The notes: a model not told the origin generated them from the sequence alone. Shown: positions 10,332 through 25,091, counted from the first letter of the stretch. The stretch is DNA of 64,000 bases from Antedon mediterranea (GCF_964355755.1 NC_092676.1:21160871-21224870); one strand, 5' to 3'. Translations and numbers: made by a program.

Positions 10332-12537
10332 TCAAACATTAACGTCGTTGGATTGTGTTGAACGCCTTTTCCTACCTGGTCCACTTGAACCAAACATTCC
10401 TCCGCTTCCTTTTTGCAATGTGTCGATAGCTAATTCTCGGCCAACTTTAAGTTGAGCACAGCCACCAAACACATCGCATCCACGTTTTTCTCTGTAATAT
10501 AATAATAGTAGTAACAATAATGTATGCAATGTAAGTAATAATACAAAGTAGTGGAACCTCTATGGGTGGTGGTGGAGTAATGTTAAAACATAATATTTAT
10601 TTTATTGTCTTTTGTTCATAGTGTCCCCCTTAACTAATGTGTCGATGGTATCATGACAAATGAGATGGACTCGCATATTACAGTTTAAGAATTTTAGCAA
10701 AATGCTTTTCTTTGAGTGAACTCATTTGTTTTTATCAATGTTGTAAAAGTAAATTGGGCCAAATTTCAAATATTGCCGCGTGGTAATCTTTAGCCGCCAG
10801 TCATCACTCACTCACCAGGATTCCGCGTTTAGTAGTCGTCAAGATCAACACAAGTCAGCAGATAAAATGTATTCATCAAACGTTCTGTAAGTTATGTTAT
10901 TTTATTCAGATCTTGATTAGACACAGTGAAATGGTTTAATCTGGGACGTTTGGCGTGTATATATGATGTATGTCTTCTTTCTAGGCCTTGTATTTTTGGG
11001 ATCTTTTTTAAGGGTAACAATATTGAACTAGGCAATCAGAGTGGTCGAACGATACTCGAGCGGTAGGCCTATTACGTTTGTCGGCGGCTCAACCAGTCAT
11101 ATACCGTTTGGAGTACAGTGGCGCTACTGTTAAAAGCTACAGACTTCCACGAGGCAAGCTTCGAATCATCAGTATGATAGTGTACGGTTGGAAATTAACA
11201 GGAACTACAACTGAACGTATAATACTAAAGAAACCGTACTTACTGTTGTAGTTGGTTATGGTTATCGAGATCATTTAGTTCTACCCATTCATTATATATA
11301 TCAATTCTATCAGCCAGGTCCCGTAAAAAGTTTGATGTGATGATACCTCGTCTTTCCCTTTTACAGAAAATAAGCAAAATTTGAAAAAAAAAAGAGAAAG
11401 TAGTAGAATTACACAGAGAATTAATACCTTAAGAAGACACTAAGCTTCGGGGAGAAACAAGTTTCCACTAAAGCGTGGTTCCCACTAGAACACAACACAG
11501 CAACACATCGACGCAAAGTGTTGTATTGTGTAATCACAAGTGGGAACCAACGACGCAATAATGCTGCAAACATCGCAGTTTTGATTTCACGTAGGCGGGG
11601 GCAAACACAATTATTAAAAGGGCATTTGCTTACGTTGCGTAGATTGCGTTACGTTGCGTCGCTAGTGCTTATTTCCCCCACTTAAATGACTAGAGACCCT
11701 ACACAAGGACGTAACGCAACGGAACGTAAGTTAGTTGACTAATCACAAGCGATGACTTATTCGAACTGTCGCTTTTCATTGGTCAATACGCTTGTGATGC
11801 GTTTACGTCCTTGCGTTACGTCCTAGTGGGAACCAAGCCTTATGGGGTGTCCTCTAATTCCTGTTAACGTATTTTTACGGCGAGCAACACATAGCAAACT
11901 GGGAAGATTCACTTAAATAATGCAATTATAAGAAAATTAAAGCTTGTTTTTTCGCTCCTCCCAATACGACCCAATAACGCAATGAATTTACGCGCAGGTA
12001 ATTTTACAAGGCACGCATCCAAACTGCAGCTTCTGATTGGTAAAATGACTTGCGTTGTAATTAACCATATAGGGACTAAAGTGTTTAATCGATCTTGCCA
12101 ATTCAACGCCACACGATGGGTATTTTTTACGTGTTATGTATAACAATATCTTTTTATATAACATATTAATTACTGTATCTATAAAATTATGACACAAGAA
12201 TTGACGTCAGCGCCATTTTAAGTTGTTTTTATTTGGCTTCAATAATTATTATTGGTCTGATTGTGTTACATATCACATTGTGCATTTTATAGCATAACAT
12301 ATTTATTATCATTTTGTAATACCATAATATAACATAATCATATAATATTACGATTCAAATTGAATAATGCATTGTATCATGCTATGCATTTAGATCGTAT
12401 AATTTGATCTTTTATGTCTTATTGAAGTGAGGACAATAATATCTGATGTACCTTACATACCTACTGGCTGATGCTGATTGGACAATACAAATTAGTAAGC
12501 ATGATATTAAAACACTTGATATCCATGATGTATTCAT
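10332..12537 (-). CDS. CT: Calcitonin-type neuropeptide precursor (116 aa)
   Basis: Exons 12537-12461, 11357-11244 and 10491-10332, with both introns phase 2 and GT-AG. Protein: MNTSWISSVLISCLLICIVQSASASRERRGIITSNFLRDLADRIDIYNEWVELNDLDNHNQLQQEKRGCDVFGGCAQLKVGRELAIDTLQKGSGGMFGSSGPGRKRRSTQSNDVNV. It has a signal peptide, KR cleavage site, N-terminal C-x5-C ring and C-terminal Pro-Gly-RKRR amidation signal. FGGCAQLKVG and FG..GP match starfish calcitonin-type peptide as I recall it. Confidence 0.93.
10377..10481 (-). other. Mature calcitonin-type peptide GCDVFGGCAQLKVGRELAIDTLQKGSGGMFGSSGP-amide (35 aa)
   Basis: Flanked by KR and G-RKRR; Cys2-Cys8 ring. Confidence 0.9.
11469..12060. mobile_element. 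Cluster of 2-3 palindromic PIF/Harbinger-type MITEs (family A) in a calcitonin intron
   Basis: Termini agcgtggttcccactag... and ...ctagtgggaaccaagcc, with internal aacgca/tgcgtt repeats shared with 27550-27728. A degenerate copy lies at ~11938-12060. Confidence 0.75.
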
Positions 12538-13179
12538 GTTTAAAAGATGACCGTATATCCCTACAAAAAAGATGACAGAAGTTAGTAATTCTTTTAATTG
12601 CTTTTTAGTATCCATTGTAAATGTTATTGATTAGTTTATTTACAACTGCTCGGCTGGAATTACAATCGATATTTACTGGACATTGTCAGTTACAAATTAA
12701 ACGTTGTAGTATGTAGTTTGCGCGTGACGCGACCACGTAAATTATGTACAAGTCTTTTTCGGTACAAGGTGCATTTGACGACATACACGCTCACTGAACG
12801 ATGATCTACTACCGTAATGTCCACTTTACGTTTAACACCGTATCGCATTTACTGGTACATTTGATACAATCGCAGAATAAAGTGTATTTATGTGGTAGGC
12901 CTACACTTGACTGAATGACATGTTTTTATCAGGGCATGTTGCAGTAGACATACACACGTCTGAATACCGATCAAGTTCAATAAACATTTTTGTTTTAAAA
13001 ATGGTCATTTTTTTCATTACAAACAATAATATAACAATCAAAAATAATCAAAAATTTTAGAGATCAACATTAGAAGTTCTTCTTTCGGGTACTGCTTAAC
13101 GATCCTTAAGGATCAAAACAAGCAGGGTTTGTGCGCATGCGGGGTCTTTGATATGTAGTCTCTGATTTCAGGTGATATG

Positions 13180-13902
13180 TTTTTAGTCGCGTGGACGCGA
13201 CTCTGTAGTTCACTATGTCGGTCGGTCGGTCTGTCTGTCTGTCGGTCCGGTATCACTATGCGTTTTATCGTTTTCTGACCTTATCTTGATATCAGTTTAA
13301 TATAGCTAAGTCAATTTTTCACAGTATATTCCTTATGGCCAGGAATCGATGTGGTTATGTTTTCACGGTGCGCAATAAAAAATTACGCGGTTTACGCACG
13401 ATGTAACGAAATCACGTTTGTAATCATATCTTCACAACCATGAATCACAATTAAATAAAATTTGGTACTCATAAATTTCAGGCCATAAATCATCATATGG
13501 CAATACAATTGCGTCCGTAGCGCATGTAACGCATGCGTACGCGCGCTTAAGATTTTCAAAATTTATTTTCGATGAAATAAGAGTACGTTTCAGGCAATTT
13601 TAAACGTTTACAAAATTGCCATGAGTGCGCAGATTTTTGCGCGCGCACTGCGCGTTAAATGTTATTGCGCACTCTTTTTGCCCGATTTCTGTTTTCTTGA
13701 CTTACTTTTCAACTCGAAAATACGTTATACGAGCACGTCAAAATTGACAGGCTACGCACGTGTAAATTAAAAAAATATAAATGTTTTTAAACATTTCAAC
13801 ATTTTTAAACATGTTCAGTAATTTCGGTCAGTTGGTAGGTTGGTCGATCGGTCGGTAAACACTAATGTGCACGCGACTGCAGCCATCTATATGGCCTTGT
13901 TT
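13180..13902 (+). mobile_element. HINE/DINE-1-like non-autonomous Helentron element
   Basis: T-rich 5' end with sub-terminal inverted repeat agtcgcgtg / cacgcgact, (GTCG/GTCT)n microsatellite and a 3' hairpin gcc(at)...ggcc before ttgttt. Shorter copies at 35207-35329, 2421-2490 and 32966-33023. Confidence 0.7.
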
Positions 13903-16900
13903 CTTCTTAAAGTTGTCTCACAATAACCCCCCCCCCCCTCCCCACAGAAAAAAAAAAGAAGAGACGAGACCTAAACGGTACCAGAGAACAACGGTCCATT
14001 TAAACCAAGCGTCAAACATAGTCGTTTATACCTATTCACGCGATCATCTTTCATACCGTATGATATAGATAGTTAAATCGATCATTGATGTACAAATTGA
14101 TCATCATAGGTTTTTTTTTACAATAAGATAATCAAAATGTGTACAACGATTGATAAAAGATTGATACAGATAAGAGGTAAATTTGACAGATTTCTTCATA
14201 TATTGTTTCATTACTATAATTAACCCGCTGGTTACTTCGACACAAACTCGCATTGTGAATCAATACATTAAAAATAATAATTAAATCTGACGTAGTTGAC
14301 AACGCATTGCCACAGGGACGGCCATTGATAATACTAATGAACAATCCATCACTCATTAGAAATATTATTTTTTTTGAAGAAAATTCGAATAAGTTGTCAC
14401 ATAAAATGATGAAAAAACTATATATCAAAATTCATCTTTAAACCTCATTAAAGGCATACTGTAGCACAGGGAAATGAAATGTTTGAAATGGTGGCGTGTT
14501 ATTTTGGTATAAGTTTTTTATACATCACCCCGCTTCATATCCACCCCCCCCCCCCCCTCCTCCCACATCCCAAAATAATTAACAGAATATAACATTATAT
14601 AACAAAAATAATTAACATATTATAATGGATTATAATCCTTACATTGCCTGAGGCACAAATAACAAGATTTCCTTGGCATTTCGGATGTGATATTATATTG
14701 ATTGAAAATCTACTAAGCGAATATTGTAAAAGATAAGACGTGAATACAGAAAACAATGTTATTAAAGAAGAATGTTGATTTGGGTGTCGATCTAAAAGTT
14801 TGTATGTTGATCTAAAAGTTTGTATGTTGTACGTTTTTATGTTATTTATTTTAAATGCATTCGACTTGTGAAGTCACATGCTGTGGACACTAACAGTAAA
14901 TTACGTTATAAAATGCGATGAAATTATTAAAAAGGAAATACTTCTTTTTATCGACAGTTATAATCGTTTGTTTTAATAGAATACAATATAAAATTAAAAC
15001 AACTTCAAATTGCTCTAATGGGTGTCTGATATGTTAAATCAAAATTGTTTTCCTTGACAGAAATATAGTAAAAAACCAACAAAACATTCACAAATACATC
15101 ATACATTTGATAATGTTAATATATGTCCATACACTTCGATGAATTGCTCGTATGAAATGTATTAGGATTAGTTTACTAAATGAGTTACTTTAGTTAACTT
15201 ATGTAACTAAGACTGGATACAGTTGCTGATTGGCACATGCTCCTTTCCCCTAGTTCTTGTGCTTCTCTTGCCAATTCGATCACCTTCTAAACGTCCTCAT
15301 GCATGACGCACATTATTTTACCTATACCAGGATCAGGCTATTTTAATGCATCCATGCAATTTGGTTATTCTTAAACCGGAGATATTCAATCAGTGTTTAA
15401 TATTTACAAAATGAAACCCATGGTAACCGTGCTGCTGACTAAACACAAACAAATCTTGTTAAAGAGATCATTTAAGAAAAAGTCGGAATCTCTCTATTCT
15501 GCCTCGTTTAAAATCACGATGAATTAACAAATTCATCTCGGAACCGATTCTTAAAATAACTGAAACGTGCTCGGAAACCGGTCTCGACACAATCTTATAA
15601 AGAAAAATGTGATGCAAGTCACGTACAGGTAAGGTTCCATAATTAAAGACATAAACCAACACGTTGTGATATGTAATGATTAAATGCTTCTTCTGACAAA
15701 ATAGGCCTAAATAATTTCTATTCCGATAATCGTTAAAGAGTAAATACAAATTGTATTAAATACAAGTGCATGAAAATCAAATTACCTAAACCGTATATTT
15801 ATTCATATTGCGGCTTTCGACGACTTATTTCTAAAATGAGAAATTGCGGTTGAACGCAGGCAGAGGTTGCTGTAATGTACTCTAGATTTGTATTATCCAG
15901 TCACCATTATCGATGCGTTTGCGGATTTTGTCAGTGCCGAAGGTTCCTACATTGTAGTCGTAGGAATGATTAGTGGCGCTCTTTAAAGAATGGCAAAACT
16001 GCTTACTTGATTTCTGACTTCTAACTGACCGCAAAAACAAAAAGCTTTAGAGTACAACGTCAAACGAATTAGCGATCGAAAAGACGCACCTAAATCGCGC
16101 AGTAATGCTTCCATTTTGTTTAATGTCTCAATTTGATAATTTAGATAACCGGCGTACGTTGTCACACATTGTTAACGGCAGATAGCATTTGAAATCTTCA
16201 GAATTCTTTCGCTAAAGCTCAGGGTTTAATTTGTATGTTTTTAATTGATAACTACTTCAACTTTGCCCGTATTTTAACGGAACCGTCAGTGTTTTCTTTG
16301 CGGGATTTAATGTCCTAATAACTGTTGTGCGCATGTTTGTTAACATAACACACTTTTTACCTGCTGATTTATTATAACTGAATTTTTGAACTCACAAAAG
16401 GCTTTACTTATCATTTGTCAATAAGTTAGTTTCTTGTTCACATGACGAAGATAACACAATTACAATCTAAAATTGAAGTCAATGTAGGTATTACATCCCA
16501 CGAATTCTCAATATAGATTTCGATCGGATGCTTAATAATCTGGTATTTAAAAAGTTTGTTATCAAATCATAAATGTATTAATATATGTTGTTCGTTCAAC
16601 ACAATAACTAACTAGGAATATAGTCAGTGATGTGGTTAAAGTATGATCTCTTTACGGAAATGTATTGTGGGCGTGAATAATTATACCTGTCTGTGCGTAA
16701 TCGTGCAATATAATAATATATTTTAGTAATTACAGTGTTCATGCATTTAATAAAAATAATGATATTTATTTGGCATATCAAGTACAATCTTGCCAGCAGC
16801 AAGCTATAGGCGTAGGCCTGAACAGATTGAACTGTTCTTGCTCCAACATTAACAAAGTAATTATTTATAACAAAGTTAGCATATTAGTTAAAATGATAAA

Positions 16901-16959
16901 ACAATACAAATAATATACAAACTAGATATTCAAAAGAAAATAAATTGTTTAATTTAAAA

Positions 16960-17790
16960 TCAAATGAAATTAAAATGACATATTTTTACAAATTAGTATT
17001 TTATTTTCAATCTTTCTAAATAACAAAAAAAACACATATAAGTAAACAGGGCAGTGGCGGAAAAGCAAAAGTAATAAAACTGTCATCTTGTGATGTGCTT
17101 GACCAGCCCCTGTCAACTAGGACGATACAATAAAACCGAGATTATAACAAAAAACTTAGAAAAATACATAGAAAAATTTGTATGATGAAATCAGGTGATC
17201 AGTAATTTGGGCTTTGAAAGTTGGCGTACCAAAGTGCAAAATCTTCCAGAATGTTTTCGAATAGTCTAGGAAAGATTACAATAAAGTAGCAAAATGGTGT
17301 ACAACCTTACGATAAGGGACATTTTTTATACGTGCATAGATGTTATTCATCCAAAAATATAGTTCTAAATAGGGACCCCAAATTCAGTAAGAAAACGTGT
17401 ATTGTTGCTGCTGCCCATGTTAAATGTGACTGATTCTGATAAGTTTAGTCAAACTCAACGTATATTTAAAAAAATTGCTTTAACACGATGATTATGCGGA
17501 CATGGTGAGGATAAACACACTTAGATTATAATGAAGATTTAGAATAATAATGATTAGTCATGACTATACTATTCTGCAAATGACCCCCAAGTTAACCAAA
17601 CATCATAAACAGAGGATTATTTGGTTTGTACTGAATATCTTAAGACAACATTATTTTAGCATTTAATCCGAGATATTAATATAAACTACTATCAACAAAA
17701 CAAAAATCATTAATGCGTAAAATAAGATAATCGAATCTCTTTTGGAAGACCGTTACCATCAATTTTAATATATTAGTTGGAGTCTTGTAG
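16960..17790 (-). mobile_element. Degenerate non-LTR retrotransposon 3' portion
   Basis: aagcacatcacaagatgacagtttt..tacttttgcttttccgc plus the downstream ...aaagattgaaaa tail is shared, inverted, with 41757-41850. The extent beyond ~17110 is uncertain. Confidence 0.45.
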
Positions 17791-20744
17791 CACTGAAGGT
17801 ATAACAAATATGTTACCGCCATGCATGTTACGTAGCTACAGTAGATCGTAGGATTATGAACGAATTAAAATGTTAGTGTAGGCAGAGCTTTAAGGCGGTG
17901 AATGCGAATTGGTTAAAATCACTTTAGATGTAGATAACGGCCGTCCACTTTTAAATGACAGCTATACTTGCATGCTGATTAAGATCGTGAACGAAAAAAA
18001 TAAATAACAGGTACTAGCTATTACTGATGATTTTTTATACCAAATAGTAAGACGCACTTTAAACTGCATTTTACTTTTGATTTAAATCTCTTGCCCGGCA
18101 GCACGGATGTGTACTGTATACTGTTGGCAAGTTACAGAATAGCATGACATATATAATCTACAGTGCAGCAAACTATTAAGTCGTTCATGTAAGCACCGTT
18201 GCATTGAATCCGATACCGTAGGAATTGTATAAGAACGCCCATTGTACGGGGCGCCACTGTGTTATATTTTTGTATAAATTATGTTACAAAACAGCCATTG
18301 TGTAAACACAATTTTTTACTTGGTAGAAATTCTGTAGTTTGAGGAGAAATTATTATATTATATTCACATGATGTTTACTTTGAAATAAGTATTTTCACAT
18401 GATTTCTTGAGATAAAATTCTATCCTCACATTTATTCCAAGATAAAAATCAAAATACGGAATTTATGCAAAGTGTCTACACAATGGCTGTATTTCTTCCA
18501 AACGGCGCCTCGAACATGCAAATTTCCTACCACGGTTTCGGAGGTTTTTAAAGCATGATAAGATATAAACTAATTACACAAGGACAATATATATAATATA
18601 AGGACTTATATGACAAATGTTAAATTTATGATAAATCTGTGCCTTAACTATTGGACAAATTTCTTGAGTATTTTTGGAGCGTGTTCAAGATAATAACAAT
18701 GATCATTATTATGATTTAATCATCTTTTTTCAAGGCTTAGAAATTTCAATTTTATGAATAAATAAAAATAATAATAACATTAAAAAAGTACAGCTTAAGA
18801 ATATTAAGGCGTACCGTATGTAATGAAAATGATAACTCACATTGAAAGATTACCGTGAATTTTTAATTTAATAAAATATTGTTAGCATAAAGATTAATTC
18901 TTACGAGCTCGTGAATAAAAATTAATTAACAGTTTATAGACTGGATTAGTAATAAAATGAAAAATTACTGGCAAACTGCCGTGTACAACGTGTTTCCCTC
19001 TCAATGTAATTCAATTTATTATTTCGGAATCTTCCGGTCCATAGAAAGTAAATTACATAAATAAATTAAAATAAACAAGACTGTACTAATTACTACTACT
19101 CATCTCAGGATATCATTCCACCTGGAGAGCATCTTTAACTTATATATTCCTTTTTAGTTACCAGTCAATGCAATATTTAATATACAGTAGTAAATATAGT
19201 AAAATGTATTTTAACAAATAAGATCGTATAACGCGGTTATGCACTTTAAATGGCTAGCATGTTATACACTCCACGTTGAAGATAGAAATTTAACATTACA
19301 TTGTGGTAGGTTTATATTGCCATGAATTCCACGTACTAAAAACTTCTACTTCTGAGCTCAATCTCAATTAATATTTTTTTTAATTATTTATCCTGAAGAA
19401 GAAACTAAAAGACAAAGAGAACGAGCTATTACGATTTTTTTAAAAATGGGTTGGAACTATGTTTTGGTAAGTTATCGTTAAAATTTCTCTATTGGAAAAT
19501 GGTAATTACAATAATCTTATAAACATTGTTTTATATAGATCGGTTGTTAGTAAACCTATTATATGGTGTATATATACAGTATTTTAGTAATAGTAGTATT
19601 ATTTAATTTTTTTCCTGTGTATGGTAGAAGATAAATATACAAAAATAAACCAAAGTAAATCAAAGAGTATTTTTTATTTGGTGTTGATGACCTATGTAAT
19701 TTTCCCCAATGCAATCAATATACATTTCATTATTAGGCATCGCAAACTGAATTAAATCAAGACGTAATTATGTTTACGTCCTAGATTTGGTTAGTACGTT
19801 CATAACTATTTCGTATTAGGTAAACAATAATCCCACACAAGGCATGTTATTGTTATAGGTCTCTCTGATTAATAAAATTCAGAATTTTAATATTGTAGTG
19901 CAGTGTATGTTTTTTCAAATGTCTCTATTATAAAGTTCAGTGATCAATCACAAACGGTTTGTGCGTGATTCTCTCTGTGTATCTCAGTTTATTCAAGTCA
20001 TTGAAATGGTATTTAGTATTCATTGACAACTCTGCTGATTTAACAAGAGTGACGCGTTACGTCATCTTAGAATCATCCCTTAGAGAAACATAGACACTAT
20101 ATCATAAATTAGAAAGCGTCGAAGTGACGGGTGCGATGGCCGACCTACATGATGTAGATACTATTAATTATTGTATCACCTAAGTTTATCTTAATCAAGT
20201 CTATACAGTTTTCATATTAGGTCAAGATTTGGCATCGATAGTAAGATTACATCATAATCTGAGAGTTAAAGCATCGCTGATGCAACGCTTTTTGTTGCCA
20301 CGCTTGCGTACAGAATCTTATTCAGCAATCTAACCACTTCCCCCGGGAAATAAGCATCATCTTAACAAATAATGCGCTTTAAGATTGCTTCTACAATTAT
20401 GCTAAGGACTCGGAACCTTCGTGAAAAAACTGATGTGAAATCTGATAAAAACCTCATACCACTTTTGTTAGATCATACAGATCATTGTGATCTTATTGTG
20501 TCTGTTCATCCCGATTAATTACGACTCATCATAATAAAATTATAGCATGATTTATCACGTTTGTTCTAGAGTAAATGAAGCCATGCTGAATCTTGGATAT
20601 CCGTAGATTAGAGGGATTAAACGTAAATCACTTAGATTAGTAGTAATAATTTATCACAAATTGGCGAATGACTTTAAGATGAATGGTCCGGAACTGTAAA
20701 CATTAATAATGTATGAATTTAACTTTCTGAAACATTGAATACCA

Positions 20745-20884
20745 TTAAAAATGTTTCACTATCAAACTTCCATATATGGACATGATGATGTCATATCACT
20801 ACAAAATTTGGACATATCACTAACAATTTTGGGCACATCACACTTTTTTTGTCAAACTAGTTTGATAGTGTAGACATTGTTTAG
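20745..20884. mobile_element. MITE family E (Harbinger-like)
   Basis: Terminal cactatcaaact / agtttgatagtg and internal tttgggcacatcacact, shared with 34044-34130. Confidence 0.6.
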
Positions 20885-23492
20885 ATTTCCGACAAATTTT
20901 AAGTTGGCAAATATTTCGAAACAGGTAATGTTCACTGTTGAGTATTTTATATTTCTAATAAAAAACGAATTATTTATGTTTTTTTATAATAGGAACCGGT
21001 TTGTAGTTTAGAGAGGCTATTTAAACACTAAAAATATCAATAACAATATCCTAATTTCATCATTTTCCAGTTATAAGCTAAGTTAACCTTTACCTTTAAC
21101 AAGATGACAGTTATTTGTAACTTTTGATTTTTTTTTCTACACAACTTTACAATATTAATTATGTAGAAATATTTAAAATATATAGATACAGTCCTATATT
21201 GTTTTTAGAGACAAGTAAATGAATATATTTATCAAAATTCGATTTGCAATTGCTGACGAAAAGAATATTATAGAAAATAGGAATTAGGACTACACTGAAC
21301 TTTTACCACAAAATAATAAAGCAAACGAAACAAACAGAAGTAAAATGCCAAAACAGAAATGTTTCTAGAATTCAAAAACATATTTTAAATTTTTACGGAA
21401 AGATTAATTTTTAATTGAAAATATAAATAGGAACTGTAACTTATACCTACACTTAAGCCAATAATCTCTAGAGGTCGAATGTAATTTCGCAAAGAAATGA
21501 TTAGTTTTTACTTATACAACAATAGGAGGAAGAGCTAACCTTCGTATAATAATCCGAACAAATTATCATAAATGACTTGTTTCTCTTCATAATATTTAAA
21601 TTAAATTGGTTTCACTTGTAAAACGATCAAATTCAACCAAAAACCCATTGGATGACAGCTAATTTGACTATTTTGTTTTGCTTTAAATTAAATTGTTTTC
21701 GATTCAATTTTTTTTCAAAGTGGATAAAACTAATATGTGACATTAAATGGCATATTCAACAAGCACAATTTAAAACATTATTTTTTTTCAGCTACATCTT
21801 TAACAGTAGCATAATTCAGATGCACTAAGATTCCATAAAAATACTGAAATAAACAGTCTCAATTCATTCGTTTCTTATGGGTTTGAACAAGTATTGATGA
21901 GTTGTTGCATTCATTAGGCTGTATGTTTGTTTGCGTGATGCCAATATCCTGTCGTGGGTCATAAACTTTCCCCACAGGTATAATGTACAAATAATGAATG
22001 TTTGGGAGAATACTTCATGAGTTCAAAGATTGACTCTCCCATTAATGACGTGAAGCCTAGTTAAAAATCTCAGGCTTTCAACGAATGGAAATATTTTCCC
22101 CATTCACCGAATATACAGAACTTTCTTCTTCTATTGTTCTCTAAAGTAAACGTTTATTGTTTCTATTGTTTTTTAAATTGTTTAAATGTTTGGATATTAT
22201 ATCCCTACTCGTTGATGCACACCCACCACCATCCACTAACAACCACAGGCAAATGTAACATGCCCACACACAATTTTTTAGAATGGTTGAGCATACTAAC
22301 TAAAAGTGATATTCTTATTTAATAGCATTACTTTTACGTGTAATACCAAACATTAAGAGAAAATCTGAACTTGAATTTATTTTTGTAATTATAAATGTTT
22401 TATGTTAAAGTAACTGTTTGATAGGATTGTGAACTGTTTAGTGTCATTTTAAGGCAGTGCTATTAACTTGTTAAATTACCTTTAAATAGTGCATATTGCA
22501 TGCAAATGGTCTTATTATTACTGTAATAGTTGAAACATATTGGGAATTTATGTATAGGTTAGTATCCGCGCTTCCACTTCTAGCAAGCAAGATTTCACCA
22601 AAGACATTTTTATTACAAATATGGCCTATTCATAAAAATATCTTTTGAAAATAGTACAGTATTCGGACAAATTGATTTAATGTTTGTTTAGTCACCTAAA
22701 TTAAAATTGTTAACGTGTCTTAGTCTATCTATGAGAAAACAACAACAACAACTATTTAGAAAAGAACGGTCTTGTTTAGCTTTGTAAATAATCTTATATT
22801 TGAAGTGAAACATTACAAAGTAACAGAAAATGCATCAAGTTAATGGTTTTAAATGTTAAAGCTAAAAAAAACTAACAAACAAAAAACAACAAAAAGCACG
22901 ATGAAATCAAACGGAAAGGAGAATAAAAAAAGGGAACGTCAAAGTTCAAAGTTCATGCCAGAAAGTTCACCCAAACCAAAGTATATGCACTCATTACTAA
23001 CCAGGGTTCGAACAACTAACTTTTATACAACAATATTCTCTTAATTTTGATTACAATAACATTTTACGTAATATTTTCATCTTGTGGCTTCATGCCTTAA
23101 TTTAATCAGAAGACAAAAAACACTATAACGTTAAAGTAGATTAAAGGATCATAATTAATTAATCATGGTTTCTCTTTCCAATATTTACGTAAACTAAATA
23201 TATAAATAAACACTGACTACTGTCGAGTATAAGTATTTATTTCGTAAATCCTGTTTTCAAGTTTCAGCTTATGCGCATGCGTATTCGCATTTTCATCTTC
23301 CAAATTCCTGATTTTACGAATTCTAGTTCCATGAGTTTTTTGCTTCAACATTATAGATTGTATTTTTTGCAAGGCGAAACATTGCGCAGCCAATCATAGC
23401 TCATGAAATGACGCGTTTATTAGCAGTCATGCTAGCGAATATACACATTCGATCGAAATAAAAATCGTACCTATTCGTGTAAATGACCTTAA

Positions 23493-23580
23493 AGGCCAAT
23501 TTACACAGACAAACAGTAGCGGTTATCGGAAAAAACCGCGTAGCGTGTCCCACGTACCGCTCGCCTGTGTAAATTGGCCT
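23493..23580. mobile_element. 88-bp Harbinger-type MITE with TAA target duplication
   Basis: Perfect 16-bp TIR aggccaatttacacag / ctgtgtaaattggcct, flanked by TAA on both sides. Confidence 0.8.
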
Positions 23581-25091
23581 TAAGGGTAGCGCGGAAACAT
23601 TCGATTCTCGAGAATGAATTCCCATAGGGAAAAACGGCCTATAGATAATAAATTACAAAAATATTTTATATTATGTCACAAAAAAAAAAAAATTTCTCTC
23701 TTTTGTTGGCACACATGCTGCAGCAACTACAAGAGTGTTTATTCTTGAATCCCTCTTGTGTATTCGTCTTACAAGATTTATAAGCAACACTTTACTCACT
23801 AATACTGTAGGATAATCTTAAGAGAATACTGTCGAAATGATTGTAACATTTGAAAGTCAGCTTCGTTGGATTGTCCATGTGCCGACAGATTTATTGGCAA
23901 AAAGATTACCAGACAGGGCACGGGGGCTTGAGTTGAATACGACCAAGTGAATGAGTACGTCAGCGGTACAGTGTATCAAAATGTGACGTTAGTGCGACGA
24001 TTTTAGTCTAAAATATGCCAATAAATATTACATTATGGTATAATGAAGGAACTATTTGTGTCTGCTCTCGGGTTTTGATGGATTCTATCATGAATCTATT
24101 ATGGTAAAAGAAATAAGGATAGTTGAAATTATATTTAAAGATTTGATACTAGAATTCGAAATATGGGTTAGGGGTCCGTGCACTAAACACGGAACGGTGT
24201 AAGATTTGTTTATATTACTGAGACTGCCTTAGAGCAAAGACCAAGGAAAAGTGACAGTTCGAAAAATCTATCGCTTGTGGTTGGTCATATCATTTACGAA
24301 ACCGTAAAACCAAACAATTGAAAACCTAACTGAAAATACAATGGGAATACATCAATAAGGTCTTAACTGCTTAAAAGGCAGTGTTTTTAATAAGATTGAA
24401 AATGAGTTAATTTATGATGGTTATAATGGTTGATTATGAGTACACATTTACTGAATAAATGCTTACAGTAAGCCTATACATAAATATGCAAATACATATA
24501 GTATAAATTGTTTTTTTCAAAGCCACACAATTTGACGTTGCCAAGCCTAATTGGTCCTCGCGTGTACCTCGAATATTACAACGAGTGTTACCAGCCACCT
24601 AAGATAAAGGATTTATATATGTATGGTGTTGTTGACCCGTAGTGATTAAACACACATAGTGTTCTTCCTGTGCCAATGTATCTTTGTATAAATAAAGAGA
24701 TCTTTAAGGCGAAAAATTGTTTAATTCATAAACGACAATCGGTTTGAAAGAACAGTAATTAACCCAACGGAAAGGTTACACTACGGAGAAGGATGTATCG
24801 CTGACTGATTAGCCAAATAATCTAGACAATTTGACCTTCTTACGGAATTGGAAAGAAAAATCAAACAAAACTATACTAAACGAATTCAAAATATAGTAAA
24901 TTGCCTTCCGGTATATATGAAATATGCCAATATATTGTTGTTTTTAATTCATAGACAATTTAGAAGACAAATTAATTAATTTATTTTGTCCTAAATAATG
25001 TAAAAGAAACCGAAGTTGTCTTCTTATATCGACACGACGAAAAACCATTTCTTACAAAATCCATATACAGAATGATCTGCAGTAACACACT

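Noticed and set aside
10816-10884. Exon-like 69-nt segment in a calcitonin intron (minus strand)
   Set aside because: It has splice-like ends but stop codons in all three frames.
11909-12197. ORFs that look like a middle calcitonin exon or second peptide (CSLDAC; CVPCKITC)
   Set aside because: They overlap a degenerate MITE, have no phase-compatible acceptor and no amidation signal. The exon at 11244-11357 fits instead.
12538-12615. Upstream Met (MDTKKQ...) as calcitonin start
   Set aside because: A strong acceptor at 12561 makes it probably intronic, and Met 12537 starts a good signal peptide.
19446-19466. ATG mini-exon MGWNYVL with GTAAGT donor
   Set aside because: No compatible downstream exon found.
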